This document shows positions 12,465 through 24,100 of a stretch of DNA of 64,000 nt, piece after piece (the first letter of the stretch is position 1; each line of letters begins with the position of its first letter). Source of the DNA: Antedon mediterranea (lineage: Eukaryota > Animalia > Echinodermata). The DNA is taken from positions 37,560,388 to 37,624,387 of the forward strand of contig NC_092670.1 of NCBI RefSeq assembly GCF_964355755.1. Reading direction: 5' to 3'. The position numbers and the translations under genes are program-made. The notes under the pieces are model-generated. The model saw only the letters and a list, made by a program, of their open reading frames with translations, was not told the DNA's origin and did no database searches.

Positions 12465-12545
12465 ACAAATAGATACAATCTACGATAAACAGTATGCATA
12501 GCTTACTAACGGATCCAAAGTTAGCACTCAAATAAACAAATAGAT
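12400..12545 (+). repeat. Perfect 71-bp tandem duplication spanning the CFAP221 stop codon
   Basis: 12400-12470 is identical to 12471-12541. Confidence 0.95.
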
Positions 12546-12603
12546 TATGAAATAAACGATGACATGACAGATATAGTGAATTTTCTGTTTGTAAGATCTA
12601 TAA

Positions 12604-12863
12604 TACCATGTATCTTTGGGTATAATCCCACTTCAGGTCTAGACCCACCCCCTACATTATGTCCGGCATATTCCCTGTATTATCCCAGCATTCACTTTTG
12701 GTCTGGATGTATGCCTCTCTCACTAGCCAGTTCAGAGGAATTTTTACAAGAAATGCTTACCAATCATTTTATTCTAGAACCATGGTTTCCCAAAGTATAG
12801 TCCCACCCCTAAAATAGGCCCAATTTTGTGTTCCAGGGGGATTATACTAGAGGATATACGGTA
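12604..12863. mobile_element. Degenerate TA-flanked MITE (related fragment at ~21190-21264)
   Basis: TACCATGTATCTTTGGGTATAATCCC ... GGGATTATACTAGAGGATATACGGTA imperfect TIR. Confidence 0.45.
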
Positions 12864-13715
12864 ATAGTCTATTAAATTGTCTATTGTAATTCTGTTGAGT
12901 TGTTGCATCTTTACACTACAGTAAGATATCTATGATGTTCACTGGTTTGGTTTACTTGCCCTCCTACAAGGTGGTTTTATAATTATATATTGGCAGTCCA
13001 TCCTTATCTTTTTAAATATCAAATCTTCCTGGCAATACATCTTAAAATAAATACCAATCAATATATGTAATTCCTAAGGCACCATTATATTTATTTCTTT
13101 TTTTATTTAAAACAAAATTAAAATTAATTTACTATAATTAACATATTTTGAATAACTGGATATATGTATATTGGACGGTGAATCCAGTGCTTAAAAATAT
13201 ATTTTAAATTTAATTGTAAATTATATAACATGTTTTGATTCTTCGAATACTATTTTAGTACTGTATGTACTTTGTATTATATTAACCAGTATTTGGTTCT
13301 GTATATATTAGCTATTAAAATCATTTAAAATACCATACCATTATTCAAAGTGTTTTCCTCATAAATGTTTATGTTTTATACAGTAGTTTTCTAAAAAGTA
13401 AATTTCTAAAAATATTCTAAATTCTACATTTTTGCAGTAGCTAAAACAAAAAATGTTCGATCAGCAAATATAACAATTCTAGCTTATAATATTAGCTAGA
13501 AGAGTGTATGTTTCTTTATAGCAGGCTTGCAGTAGCTTATTGCAGCAAATACAGTTAATATTTCATTATTTAATTATCATGCATACAGTATCTCTCCAAC
13601 CTGTTCCTCGCTGCTATACCAATCTTGTAGCAGATCTATCTACAATATTAAACTTCCTGCTGCAGTGTAATAATGTTGACATCTCCCAGAAACGCCGTTA
13701 GTCCTCTCTTACATC

Positions 13716-14819
13716 TTAATGCAGATGTTCCCAATACTGTTTGGGAACGGAATCTAAAAGCCCTTTACTTTCTAACCATTCTTTGCTAAACAAACGAGCA
13801 TAATAGCGCTGACCAGTGTCACAAAGACAAGTGACCACGGTATGATTTGGACCAAGATTTTTAGCAACTTGAACTGCTGCTGCTACATTCAACCCCGAAG
13901 ATGCTCCGACAAAGAAACCATGTTCGTGCAAGAGGCGAAATGTCATTTCAACAGCTTCCTTATCCGTGACATGCACAGCGTCGTCGATTGGAGCATTTTT
14001 TAAATTATCCGTAACTCTGCCTTGACCAATTCCCTCAGTAATGGAACCGTTCCCTTTCCGTTCAAACTTCCCATGTTTGATGTAGTTGTACAAAACACTG
14101 CCCTCAGGATCTGCTAGTACAACTTTTATATCCGATCGTTTTTCTTTCATGAACGTGCCAACACCAGCTAGCGTTCCCCCGGTTCCGGTAGCAAAGACAA
14201 CTGCGTCAAGTTTACCTCCGGTTTGATCCCAAATCTCGGGACCTGTCATTTCAATGTGTGCCTGTCTGTTGGCAGTGTTGTCGAACTGATTTGTCCAGTA
14301 TGCATTTTCTTGGGTTTCAGCAAATCGCTTTGCTTGATGATTGTAATTGTTCGGATCCGTGAATGGTACAGCGGGCACCGGATATACTGTCGCACCGAGA
14401 GTCCGCAACAAATCTATTTTTTCTTGAGATTGAGTATTTGGCATAAAAATGACACACTTCATTCCAATAGCATTGCAGACGTGTGCTAAACCTATTCCTG
14501 TGTTTCCAGCGGTGCCTTCAACAACGGTTCCCCCTTCTTTTAAGCGTCCTTCCTCCATTGCCATCTTCACAAGGTAAAGAGCTGCTCTGTCTTTTACTGA
14601 ACCACCACCATTCGCAAATTCAGCTTTCACCAAGATATCACAGCCAGTTTCTTGACTTATTTTTGGGAGTCGAATAAGGGGTGTTTTCCCAACCATGTCT
14701 TTAAACCCATTTCGTATGCCATCAGAAAAATTACATTTTATAATTTGCTGAGTCATGCTGGGGCTCCTCCTCAAAGCTGAGCTCATCGCCCACCATAGAG
14801 ATCTTGTTTGCAAATACAT
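13716..14819 (-). CDS. Cysteine synthase (PLP-dependent CysK/Cys1 family, fungal-mitochondrial type), intronless, 367 aa
   Basis: Single open frame with VGKTPLIRL, the PLP-lysine motif KAEFANGGGSVKDRAA, EGTAGNTGIG, NQFDN, TGTGGT, ITEGIGQGRVT, GASSG and CDTGQRY. There is no heme or CBS domain. The N-terminus is Arg/Ser-rich and acid-free. Confidence 0.93.
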   Translation of the reverse strand: MYLQTRSLWWAMSSALRRSPSMTQQIIKCNFSDGIRNGFKDMVGKTPLIRLPKISQETGCDILVKAEFANGGGSVKDRAALYLVKMAMEEGRLKEGGTVVEGTAGNTGIGLAHVCNAIGMKCVIFMPNTQSQEKIDLLRTLGATVYPVPAVPFTDPNNYNHQAKRFAETQENAYWTNQFDNTANRQAHIEMTGPEIWDQTGGKLDAVVFATGTGGTLAGVGTFMKEKRSDIKVVLADPEGSVLYNYIKHGKFERKGNGSITEGIGQGRVTDNLKNAPIDDAVHVTDKEAVEMTFRLLHEHGFFVGASSGLNVAAAVQVAKNLGPNHTVVTCLCDTGQRYYARLFSKEWLESKGLLDSVPKQYWEHLH

Positions 14820-15359
14820 GATGATGACACGGTAGTATTTTCACTCGCCGTGATAACTCCACGTTTGTGCAGGAATCAGCTAGTAACAGCCAAAACCAGT
14901 ACTACAATATTTTAATTACCTAATTCCTGATGAAAGTGTGTACAACTACAATATGGCTTTTAAACAGGCAAGAAGCGTTTCAGTTGTCACACTGTAACCA
15001 CGAACGAGATGGGTGTGATCACTACTTCGTTACTTCCCCCTTTATCTTGCATGCATGACTGAGCAAAATGTAAACAAACATAATCCATCTACACATGCGC
15101 ACACGATCATTAATAAGATCAGTCAACTGTATCGATATAAATATGAGACGCCACAATTGTCTTTGAGAAATGATATTAAGTAGGCCTAGTAAACATTGTG
15201 TAACGTACTAAACCTCTGTTTACATTATCAAACTATTTTGACAAAAAAATGTGATGTGCCTGAATATGGTAATGATGATATGCCCAAATATGGTATTGAT
15301 ATGACGTCATCGTGTCCACATCACAACATTTTTTGTAACATAAAGTTTGATAGTGTTAC

Positions 15360-16319
15360 CAAAGAATATATATCACAAGAATGAGTATTCCGCGATTTTT
15401 GCATGAGAAATTTGTAACAGAGAGCTCCAGAGAGTGATGCCCGCCCTCATAAGGGCGAATGTATACATACTAAATAAGACTTGATTTAATAGATATTATA
15501 CATGTCACATTAAATAGAATTCGCGATTTTCCCTGTAACAGTAATATTGTCCATGTGGTAGGGCGCCGCCATAAGTGTGGATGTATCTGGGATGTATACA
15601 ACTTTTTGTGACGGTTTCACTAATCAAAGGCTGGACCACCGGTAGTATTTTCATGATAAAAAATGTTATCAACTACATGCCAACATCATGTTAAATACTA
15701 TTTGGATATTTAATTGTTCGTTTTATGCAATTTATTTAGTAAAAACTGCCGTATAAACAGTTTGCTTTATCAACCGGGCGCTACAATAGCGTGACCGGGC
15801 GTGTTGGTGTTTACGCGTTTTCACGTAGGATAGTTTAATAATATTCCTATATTTAACTTGTTTCTGGTAAAACAAATAAATGTTAATGACATTTAACAAT
15901 TTTTCCTATTAATAACATGTATTTTATACTAATTTATATCATAAAAACAATACTTAATTTACCGGGCGTAGAGTAGTACACGGGCAATGGTAAAGAATAG
16001 GCCGTGCTCAGCTGAGTAACAATTCGTTGACTTTTGGTGTTGCTGTGTTAGGCCTTTTTTGTGAACTAACTTAGCATGTTAGTAAATAATTGTCTGTAAA
16101 AGTGAATGTACACTAGTTTGTTAATAAATATGTATTATAAAACAGTTTACAATTGCAAAACTATTATCATAATTCTATTTAATGTGACATATTAAATCAA
16201 GTCTTATTTAGTATGTATACATCCGCCCTTATGAGGGCGGGCATCACTCTCTGGAGCTCTCTGTTACAAATTTCTCATGCAAAAATCGCGGAATACTCAT
16301 TCTTGTGATATATTCTTTG
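15360..16319. mobile_element. Non-autonomous fold-back element with ~150-160-bp TIRs and P-element-like CAAAG termini
   Basis: 15360-15521 is a near-perfect reverse complement of 16171-16319; no TSD is visible. Confidence 0.7.
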
Positions 16320-16359
16320 CTGCTATGGTCAAAGATAGTTTGCTATGGTGAAATTCATA

Positions 16360-16526
16360 AAGCGCCCTCTCCCCAGAGGTGGGGAGAGAGTTTAAAGATG
16401 GTGTAGTACACCAATCAGAACGACCGTTTGTAAACCATTCGGTTAAAGAGAAATTCTATTTTCTACACACTTCTTCACACAGGCAATCAACTAAATAATG
16501 GCGTTTTATCGTAAAAACCGGTAAGT
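16360..16526 (+). promoter_or_regulatory. Candidate promoter and first exon on the + strand
   Basis: CCAAT at 16411, YY1-like AATGGCG at 16497, strong donor CCG|gtaagt at 16520; inference only. Confidence 0.35.
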
Positions 16527-17453
16527 CTGAACTTTAAATGTTTGTTTATGTTTAATTCATCTAATAAATGTGATTAAAAATGTCAGATATGATTGATTTA
16601 ACAATTTTGATGTAATATTTTTATACCGATCGTCGAGTCGAAGTATATTAAACGTTGATTTTAAGCTATTTTGTGTGCTGGTTGAATTTATCGTCATCAA
16701 AAAAAGGTCGAAGCGGAGAGTATTGGTGGGCACAAAGGCCAGCCTCTGGCAGGCCGCCACTGGCACTGGCACTGCCAAGAAGCAGAGGGTAGCCTCTAGC
16801 TTAAGAAAAGGAATACAAAGACATTGAACTAACATTAAATTCGTATTTCTATTGTATTTTGATGATTAATCTTATGGAACAAAAACTGGGCTAAGTTTTA
16901 GTCCAGGTTTTTACAGCCAATAAAACTTTAAAAAACTTGTTTTAAAAAAGGCTTCAATTTTAATTTTATTGTCAACACTAAACAGTATATAATTAAAAGT
17001 GAACATTAATCATTTCAACTTAAATATAAAGTTTATTTATTTTTCAAATTGTACGTTCAGGTATACATATAAAGAGTGTGACTCACTATTCAAGTGCCCA
17101 CTCAAATCGATAATCAGGTGCATCATGATATTTTTTTATATGGTTTGACCTTGTTACTTATTTCTTTGTAATTGCAATACATTTCATTTTTGTGTATTTT
17201 AAAGAAACCAATAATATAAACTTGTTTGTAGTGCAACTTCATATCAATAAATAAATGTTTTTGATAAAAATAAACCAATTGTTTGTTGTTATTTATTTAC
17301 ACTGACTGGACGACCTCTTCATTTAGAGACTGAGGTCACCCAGAGGGCCCAGTTGTGATAGTGGATATAATGTACTATAGTAACTGTAGTTTTCAGAAGA
17401 AATAATCAATGATTTTTGTCCATGCCTACAGTAATTTGAGTAATTGATAAACT

Positions 17454-17775
17454 AACAAGCACGAATGTGCGATACTCGGGGTACAGCAAAAGAAGCTGTA
17501 ATGACGTCATAAGACGGGATGTGAAGTGACCTTGCTACCAAATAGTTTATATGGGGGGCTATATGGTACCATCTTCGAGACGTCATATGGCTGCATCCGG
17601 TTTGAAATTTAAAAATCCGGCTCTATAGCTTTGAGGACATGTCCCTGTAGTATATTCATGCCACATCCCAACTCAATACTGCAACGAATAAGGGAGGAGT
17701 AGTACTTTATAAATCGCACTTTGTACTCAATAGTGTCGGATGGAGAAGATGAGAGAGTCCTAACCCGAGTAAAAA
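17454..17775 (-). mobile_element. Helentron-associated (HINE/DINE-like) non-autonomous element
   Basis: On the minus strand: 5' TTTT-TACTCGGG ... CCCGAGTA subterminal inverted repeat, then hairpin GCAC-ATTC-GTGC and a TTGTT end. Confidence 0.5.
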
Positions 17776-18266
17776 CACATTAAAAACACAACAAGACCTG
17801 TATAGAGAATAGTACTGTATAAGGTACTTGTTTAAAGCTTGCATACAGTTCATGACACAATTCATTATACATTTCCATTCAGTCAACATTCACTATTACA
17901 GCATACTTTAAGTGATACACTATCTATTTGGTTGAGTTGCACTATTAAAACATTGTTTTTTAATTTGAATTTTTTTATTCTGGTAATTAAGGTTAAAAAA
18001 CACATTACAACATAGAAATAATGACACAGATAAACAGGCCTTGATTACACGAAGGAATGGCAAGAAAAGTTAAAAACTTATTTCCACTTCGAGCCGATAA
18101 CAAAGAACTAATAAAAAGTACTGTACATATCTACTTTTCTACAAAATTTTTCTGATGCACTAATTAATTGATACAAATATCCTAATATTTGAGGCATCAT
18201 TTAGGCTTCACTATTACGCTCTGTCTACACTCCTACACTATCTAACTAGTTTGACAAAAGAAGTGC

Positions 18267-18469
18267 CAGCCCTTTTCTTTTGAGGTGAGCGATTGCGATC
18301 ACTAACCTAACACACTCCTAAACTGCCCTTGAGGAGTGTGATTTACAACACACAATAAATTTGGTAAACTTCTACACACCAAAATACAAACAGCACGCCT
18401 ACAGCACCCCTGAATGTATTGAGGAGTGCAATTTGTAGCACACCTATAATTTTCAAAAGACAAGGCCTG
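18267..18469. mobile_element. 203-bp hAT-like MITE with 6-bp TSD, nested in a Harbinger MITE (18218-18611)
   Basis: AAGTGC|CAGCCCTTTTCTTTTGA ... TCAAAAGACAAGGCCTG|AAGTGC. Confidence 0.7.
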
Positions 18470-19698
18470 AAGTGCGATGTACTGTACCCAAATATGGTGG
18501 TGATATGGCCAAATATGATAGTGTAAGTGATGAGTCATATGACATCTTCATGTCCATATGGGTTAATCACATTTTTTGTTTCACATAATATTTGATAGTG
18601 TAGACAGAGCTTAAGAACATTGTTTGAGATGCAGTACAGTACAGTATGTCCTATTTGAGATACCACACTACACTACTGTATATGAGCTGCACTATTTGAA
18701 ATACACAAAATTATACTATTTGAACATTATTCATTTAAATCAATTATTAGCAGATGCTCAAATTCAAAATACACTATTTGAGTTGGACCATTAAAAAATA
18801 GTTGAGAAACTGTACAGTAAACATCAGTAGTGTGCTATCCAATACTGCACTATAAATACATAGGTTATACTGTACCTATTTTAGGCACACTAATTTTTTT
18901 CTTCTAAGCAATAAATTTGTTTCTAATATTTAGGTCACTATTTTTAATTTAAAATTGTGTGATAATATTAAACATGTCTCCAAAGCATTTTTACTTAAAA
19001 TGATTAAAACCGCACACTTCCTAATTTGATTAGTTTGTCATTAGCTGTCATGAAGGTTAATTATAAATTGAACTTCTGTTTGAAAGCCTCATTTTCTAGA
19101 GAAAGAGCGAGTGACTAGCCAGACAGTTAAAACAGTGGAACCATAATACCTTGCCATACATCGGCAAGGGTTCGAGCATCACTAGCTTCATGATTCTGGT
19201 GGTAGAACAAGTCTTCTCGGATTTTATCCAGTGTACACATCTGGCTCATGTGCACTTTAAAGAACAACCTAGTACATCTTTCGAGACGAGTAGGGGGTTA
19301 CCCCGGTGTACTAATATACACACAGCCACTGTCACACACAGAAACTTATCATACTGTAACTCATCGTAAGGGCCCCTTGATTGTCAGAATACTGTACACT
19401 CTTTCACTTTCAGGCCGGCCACCTTAATTTGTGTTCAAAACTGTTCTAGTGTATATTTGTATAACTATAATAAGTTCGTAGAAGAAAAAATAAATGAATT
19501 TTAATAATCCATCTTATCTTTGATAAATTCTTATTTATTATCAGGTTAAATATGAACTATTAAAGCGGAAATAAGGTGAGAAGAAAAGAGGAAAGGGATT
19601 TGGGGAGATTATTAAAGGATTATCCTATCATGTTGAGGATTTATAGAAGTGTGAATTGAACTTGAAGTAAAGCATTATTTGAAGACATTATCGTGAAT

Positions 19699-19728
19699 AT
19701 GGCATCTAATTCCAATGATCAAGGCAAG
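19699..19728 (+). CDS. ARHGAP21: Probable first coding exon of ARHGAP21/23 (MASNSNDQGK)
   Basis: ATG...GGCAAG|gtaagc. Phase 0 matches the phase-0 exon at 50427. Possible acceptor ttatcag at 19544. No homology support, so this is an inference. Confidence 0.55.
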
Positions 19729-20950
19729 GTAAGCACAGTATAGAATGGAAAAGAGTTGAAAGATAAAAAATGTTTATTATCAGAAAGTCAAGAGAGTTTA
19801 AAATAGCAGAGTTGACACAAAATAGATGAGGATGATAAACTCCTATTATTATTAATATCAGAGAGTTCAGTTCAAAGCAGAGTTATTTATCAGGAAGTCC
19901 AGTTTATACAGTTGTCTCTGATGATGAATACAGATTATATATACTGTATGTATAGCTTAGTTGCTATTCATCAGACAGAGAGCCCAGTTATATACTGTAG
20001 TACAGTTGACTATTATGATAACAGGTTCTGTATAACTTTGTTGGTACTGTATTTATCAGTTTATATAGTTACAATTGACTATATGAGGTTATATAGCTTA
20101 ATTGCTATTTTTCAGAGAGTCTAGTTAATAGCACAGTTGACTAACTGTTATATTGTTAAACCATAGACCTTTACATTTATTTGGTTCAATGATTATACAA
20201 TAAGTCAACATTGAAAAGAATGGCAATTTATACAGTATTGACTTCCCTAGAGCAGTTTTCTTATGAATGGTAACCACATGAGAATGTACGTGTTCAATTT
20301 CAGTTGCTTTGCTGCAAAAAGTAACCAGAGATTCAACATCAGACTTTGCTTCTCATTCTCGTATTTTTCTTTTTTTTGAAATTGCGAGAAAAAAAAAATA
20401 TACAGTATATTGAGGTATCACCATAATGCTATCATTAATCAATTAATAGATTTTTAAATAAGTTGCTTTGTTTTGTTTTGTTTTTCAATTTGAAGCCATA
20501 ATTAATATTAGCAAATAAAGTATTACTATTGACATTTTAAACATGACCAAAATATCATAATTACAGTTAACATGTCTATCATTGCATTTACCATTTATCA
20601 AAGGAGAACATTTTACGCACTGGCGCCATTTTGCCCAACAAATTTAACGATGCTGCGAGAGTTGCGTGCAGCCGTTTCTGTAATTGGGTGATGATTCGTA
20701 ATATTGGCTGCATTTGATTAAACTAACTAACATTCTCTGAAATATTATCAATATCGAGATTGTACAGTACCAGTAACCACGGTAATCATATTGTGAGCAT
20801 CGAAATGCAAACATTTTTATTCTATTAAAGCTCTGTCTTAAATTAAGCCCTGTCTACACTATCAAACTTTATGTGACAAAGAAATATGATGTGCCCATAT
20901 ATGGACATGATGATGTCATATCACCACCATATTTCGGCCGCATCACACTT

Positions 20951-21120
20951 CATTTTTTTTTTAAACTGGTGGTCACGACTTAAAGTTGTCCGCAACTTAT
21001 TTTGACCTCCATCCGCACATTTTTGATGTTTTTCTTGTTTATTGTAATTTTCTTTTTGCAATGTAATTTTTATCTTTTATTTTAAAATGTGTGGAGAAAC
21101 TAATAAAACAAACAAAACAA
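20951..21120 (+). mobile_element. Non-LTR retroelement 3' tail inserted in a MITE copy (20846-21161)
   Basis: T-rich tail ending AATAAA-ACAAACAAAACAA, with ACACTT on both sides. Confidence 0.5.
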
Positions 21121-24100
21121 ACACTTTTTTGTCAAACTAGTTTGACAGTGTAGACAAAGCTTAACATTTTTTAGTATCCTTGAATCAAGGTTTCCCCGGG
21201 TATACATTAGTCCCAATTTCGTGTTCTATAGTAGCGGTGTGGGACTATGCCAGAGGATACGGTATGGTAATTCAGGAAGAATATCCAGTGAGATCTATGT
21301 AAACCATCTGTACTGTTTTCTGTATGGTACTTCCTTGTAATATTAAATGTACACATCAACTTTTTTATTTAAAAAAATCAACATTTTTTTTTTATTTATC
21401 ATTCATCTTTTATTTAGACAACATGTTAAAAATTCTAAGCATACAAATCTAGTCATTTTCAGTACTTTACGGATATTATTTTAGTTCATAAAAAGTGACT
21501 TTAATTTTTTTAATTCTTTGAGTAGGTAGGAACCAAACACTCAGTATACTGTGTTTAATAACCCAGAATTTATTTTCAACAAAAAAAAAACCCTCTTAAA
21601 AAAAGATGAATGCAATGTAGGTTTAAGTTCATGGCCCTGGATTTTTAGGAGGAAGTCATTTGAATATCTATATCAAAAAAAGCCTTCAAACAGGTACTTC
21701 CTATCAACACTAGCTCCTCCCATTCTTATGTGTTCATTACCCAATGTAAAATGCTTGTTTATAGTCATATTTTACTGTTTGAAACATAGAATTTGTCTTG
21801 TACTCTTTGGCCTATTCCTTTGTTCTGATTATCTCATATCTCAAGTGGACATCTTTTGTCCGATTAATTGAACCAGCTGAAGTTGAAGATTGCTGTTGTA
21901 ACAAACAAGAAACTAATTGTAAGCTAGTTCGCTTGGAAGCCAGGAAGTATTCAAATTTGATTGAATCTACCACCAAAATGCATTTTATCGCTGGTGGTAA
22001 GATGAAGATACCTATCCAGGCACTATCCTTTGTTATTTTCAACTGAGGCGTATCTTTTTTTAACCATGTGTACAGTACAATGAGGACATTTCTACTTTTA
22101 CAGTTTGAAAATTATGAAGATATACAGTAATTTGTTTGAAGCAACAGAATAGTTATTGGAATATATGTTGGTACTGTGGGAAGTTGTTAATGTGGACATC
22201 GTTCTACTTTGTTAAGGTCAACAGCATGCATGGTGTTTTTTATAACCGTTGGAGGAAATTTAGTTTTACAATTTGTTAGTTGTTGAAGATTGAGAAAAAT
22301 CTGTAAGAACAACACTTTTGAAGAAGGATAGGAAGTCTTTTTAAAACTTTGTGTGTGAAGATTGGTGTGTCTTTTGTTAAACCAGGAGAAGTTTATTCAT
22401 CATTTTGTGTTTATTCTTCAATGTTTCATGCATCTTCTCTTGTTATTTAAATCATTTTAGTCCATGATATCTTTGGATAAAGTACAGTTAGCTCAACGAA
22501 TAATAAGGAGTGGTCTGTGGTGGATTATTATATAACAAAACAGACATAAGGAGTATAAAGGGTAAGCAGTTTTATTGTGTAGTTTCCTTTGTTTGGTTCT
22601 CATTATCATCAGCATTCAATAATGATATAGGGTTGGTTGTCATTCTGAATGAAAAAATGAGTGATGAGTGAAAGATGCTTTTAACTTTTAAGGACAATAT
22701 GTTTTTGTTTTAAATTATAAAAAAGTTTTTACTTCTGTGAAATTAATTGACTTGGGAAAATACAGTAAAAATCTGATTTGTCTGTCAAATTCCATTTAAA
22801 GATTACCAGGTTTTTAATTTCTATATTGTTTACAGTATAAAGTGATTTCAATAAAATCCAACCATTTTATAACTCTAAAGCCACATTTCTGACACTGACA
22901 GCTCAGTGAAAAAAAAAATACAGTAAAAAGTACAGTAAACTTGTTTCAGCCTTTTTTAGGAGATTTGGAGAGTAGGCCTACAGTACCAGCCTAGAAGTAA
23001 CAGTTTTTTTTTCTAGTTATTTTTTTTGGTTGCGTGTATATATACAGTATACCCTCTTGATAATATTAGGAATCTTGCTCTGATTTTAGTAAACACTCAA
23101 GGTCATAGGTCATTACTAACCATCTACAATGTATTGTAATTGGTGATTGATGTTATAACCTTTTTAATTACTGTAATCAACTTTTAATTGAAATTCTTTA
23201 GTTCATTAATTAGTTGTGATGCTAACATTCCAGCATACTTCCAAATCATCTTAGAGAATTCAAGCCACAGCGGTCGTTGTATAGCCGAGTGATGTCTGCT
23301 TTGAATACTTAATAATTGAGCCAATTTCCACATTTTTAAGAAACAGGATTTTAAACATTCATGAGGAAACTGGCTTCTATTTTGAGCTGAGCAATCGTAC
23401 TCAAGGCCCATCGACTCACTTTGCAGTAGGATAGTGACACTCTGGTAGCTAAGATAGTGTTTTCTCTGACAAGGCTGTGTGGAATTTAATTTTTCTTCTG
23501 GACTACAGAACTGTATCACAGGAATTAAATAACGTTTATCGCCATTGTACAGGTTGGTACTGTAGAGAGCATTGGTAGAATTTGTGTGTGCGACAATATT
23601 TTATTCTATCCACATACTGAACACTATTGAGTATACATGATAATTTTGTTAATGGCATCATACTTTATAGTGTAATTAACCAACTTGCTATAGTTAGATT
23701 GAGCTCAAACTACTGTAGTTATTGTTGACGAGCCTATACATTCAAACAATGTTGTACAGTACATGAACGTAATTAAATAGTGGGTTATGTACAAGATGTA
23801 TGATTGCTATGATTATTATTATTACTAATATTTGCTTTATATCATAATGTACAGTGGTACAGTACAGTAATATGCAAAGATAAGTTATTAATAGAATAAA
23901 TACGCAATTCAGTTTTGATTTCCTCTGTACTTCTTTAATATAAAAACAGTATGCATGAATTGTAGGAATAAGACTAAATTACTTTTATAGTAATACATTT
24001 TCATTGTCATTTCTCTGTAGTGTACTGTATACTGTACTCTATACAAAGAGTCCATTACATTTATTGATTTTTAAACAACAATTACCTCTATTATGTAAGA

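Noticed and set aside
14223-14677. Antisense ORFs over cysteine synthase and the other short ORFs in the track
   Set aside because: Shadow or random ORFs without motifs; many derive from MITE repeats (e.g. 8415-8609, 15196-15384, 36620-36844).
13716-14819. Bacterial contamination or cystathionine beta-synthase
   Set aside because: Contiguous with animal genes and shared MITEs, has a presequence-like N-terminus, and lacks the heme and CBS domains.
22420-22567. Alternative coding first exon of ARHGAP21 ending at AAGG|gtaagc
   Set aside because: The phase-0 frame has a stop immediately before the donor; at most a non-coding exon, unsupported here.
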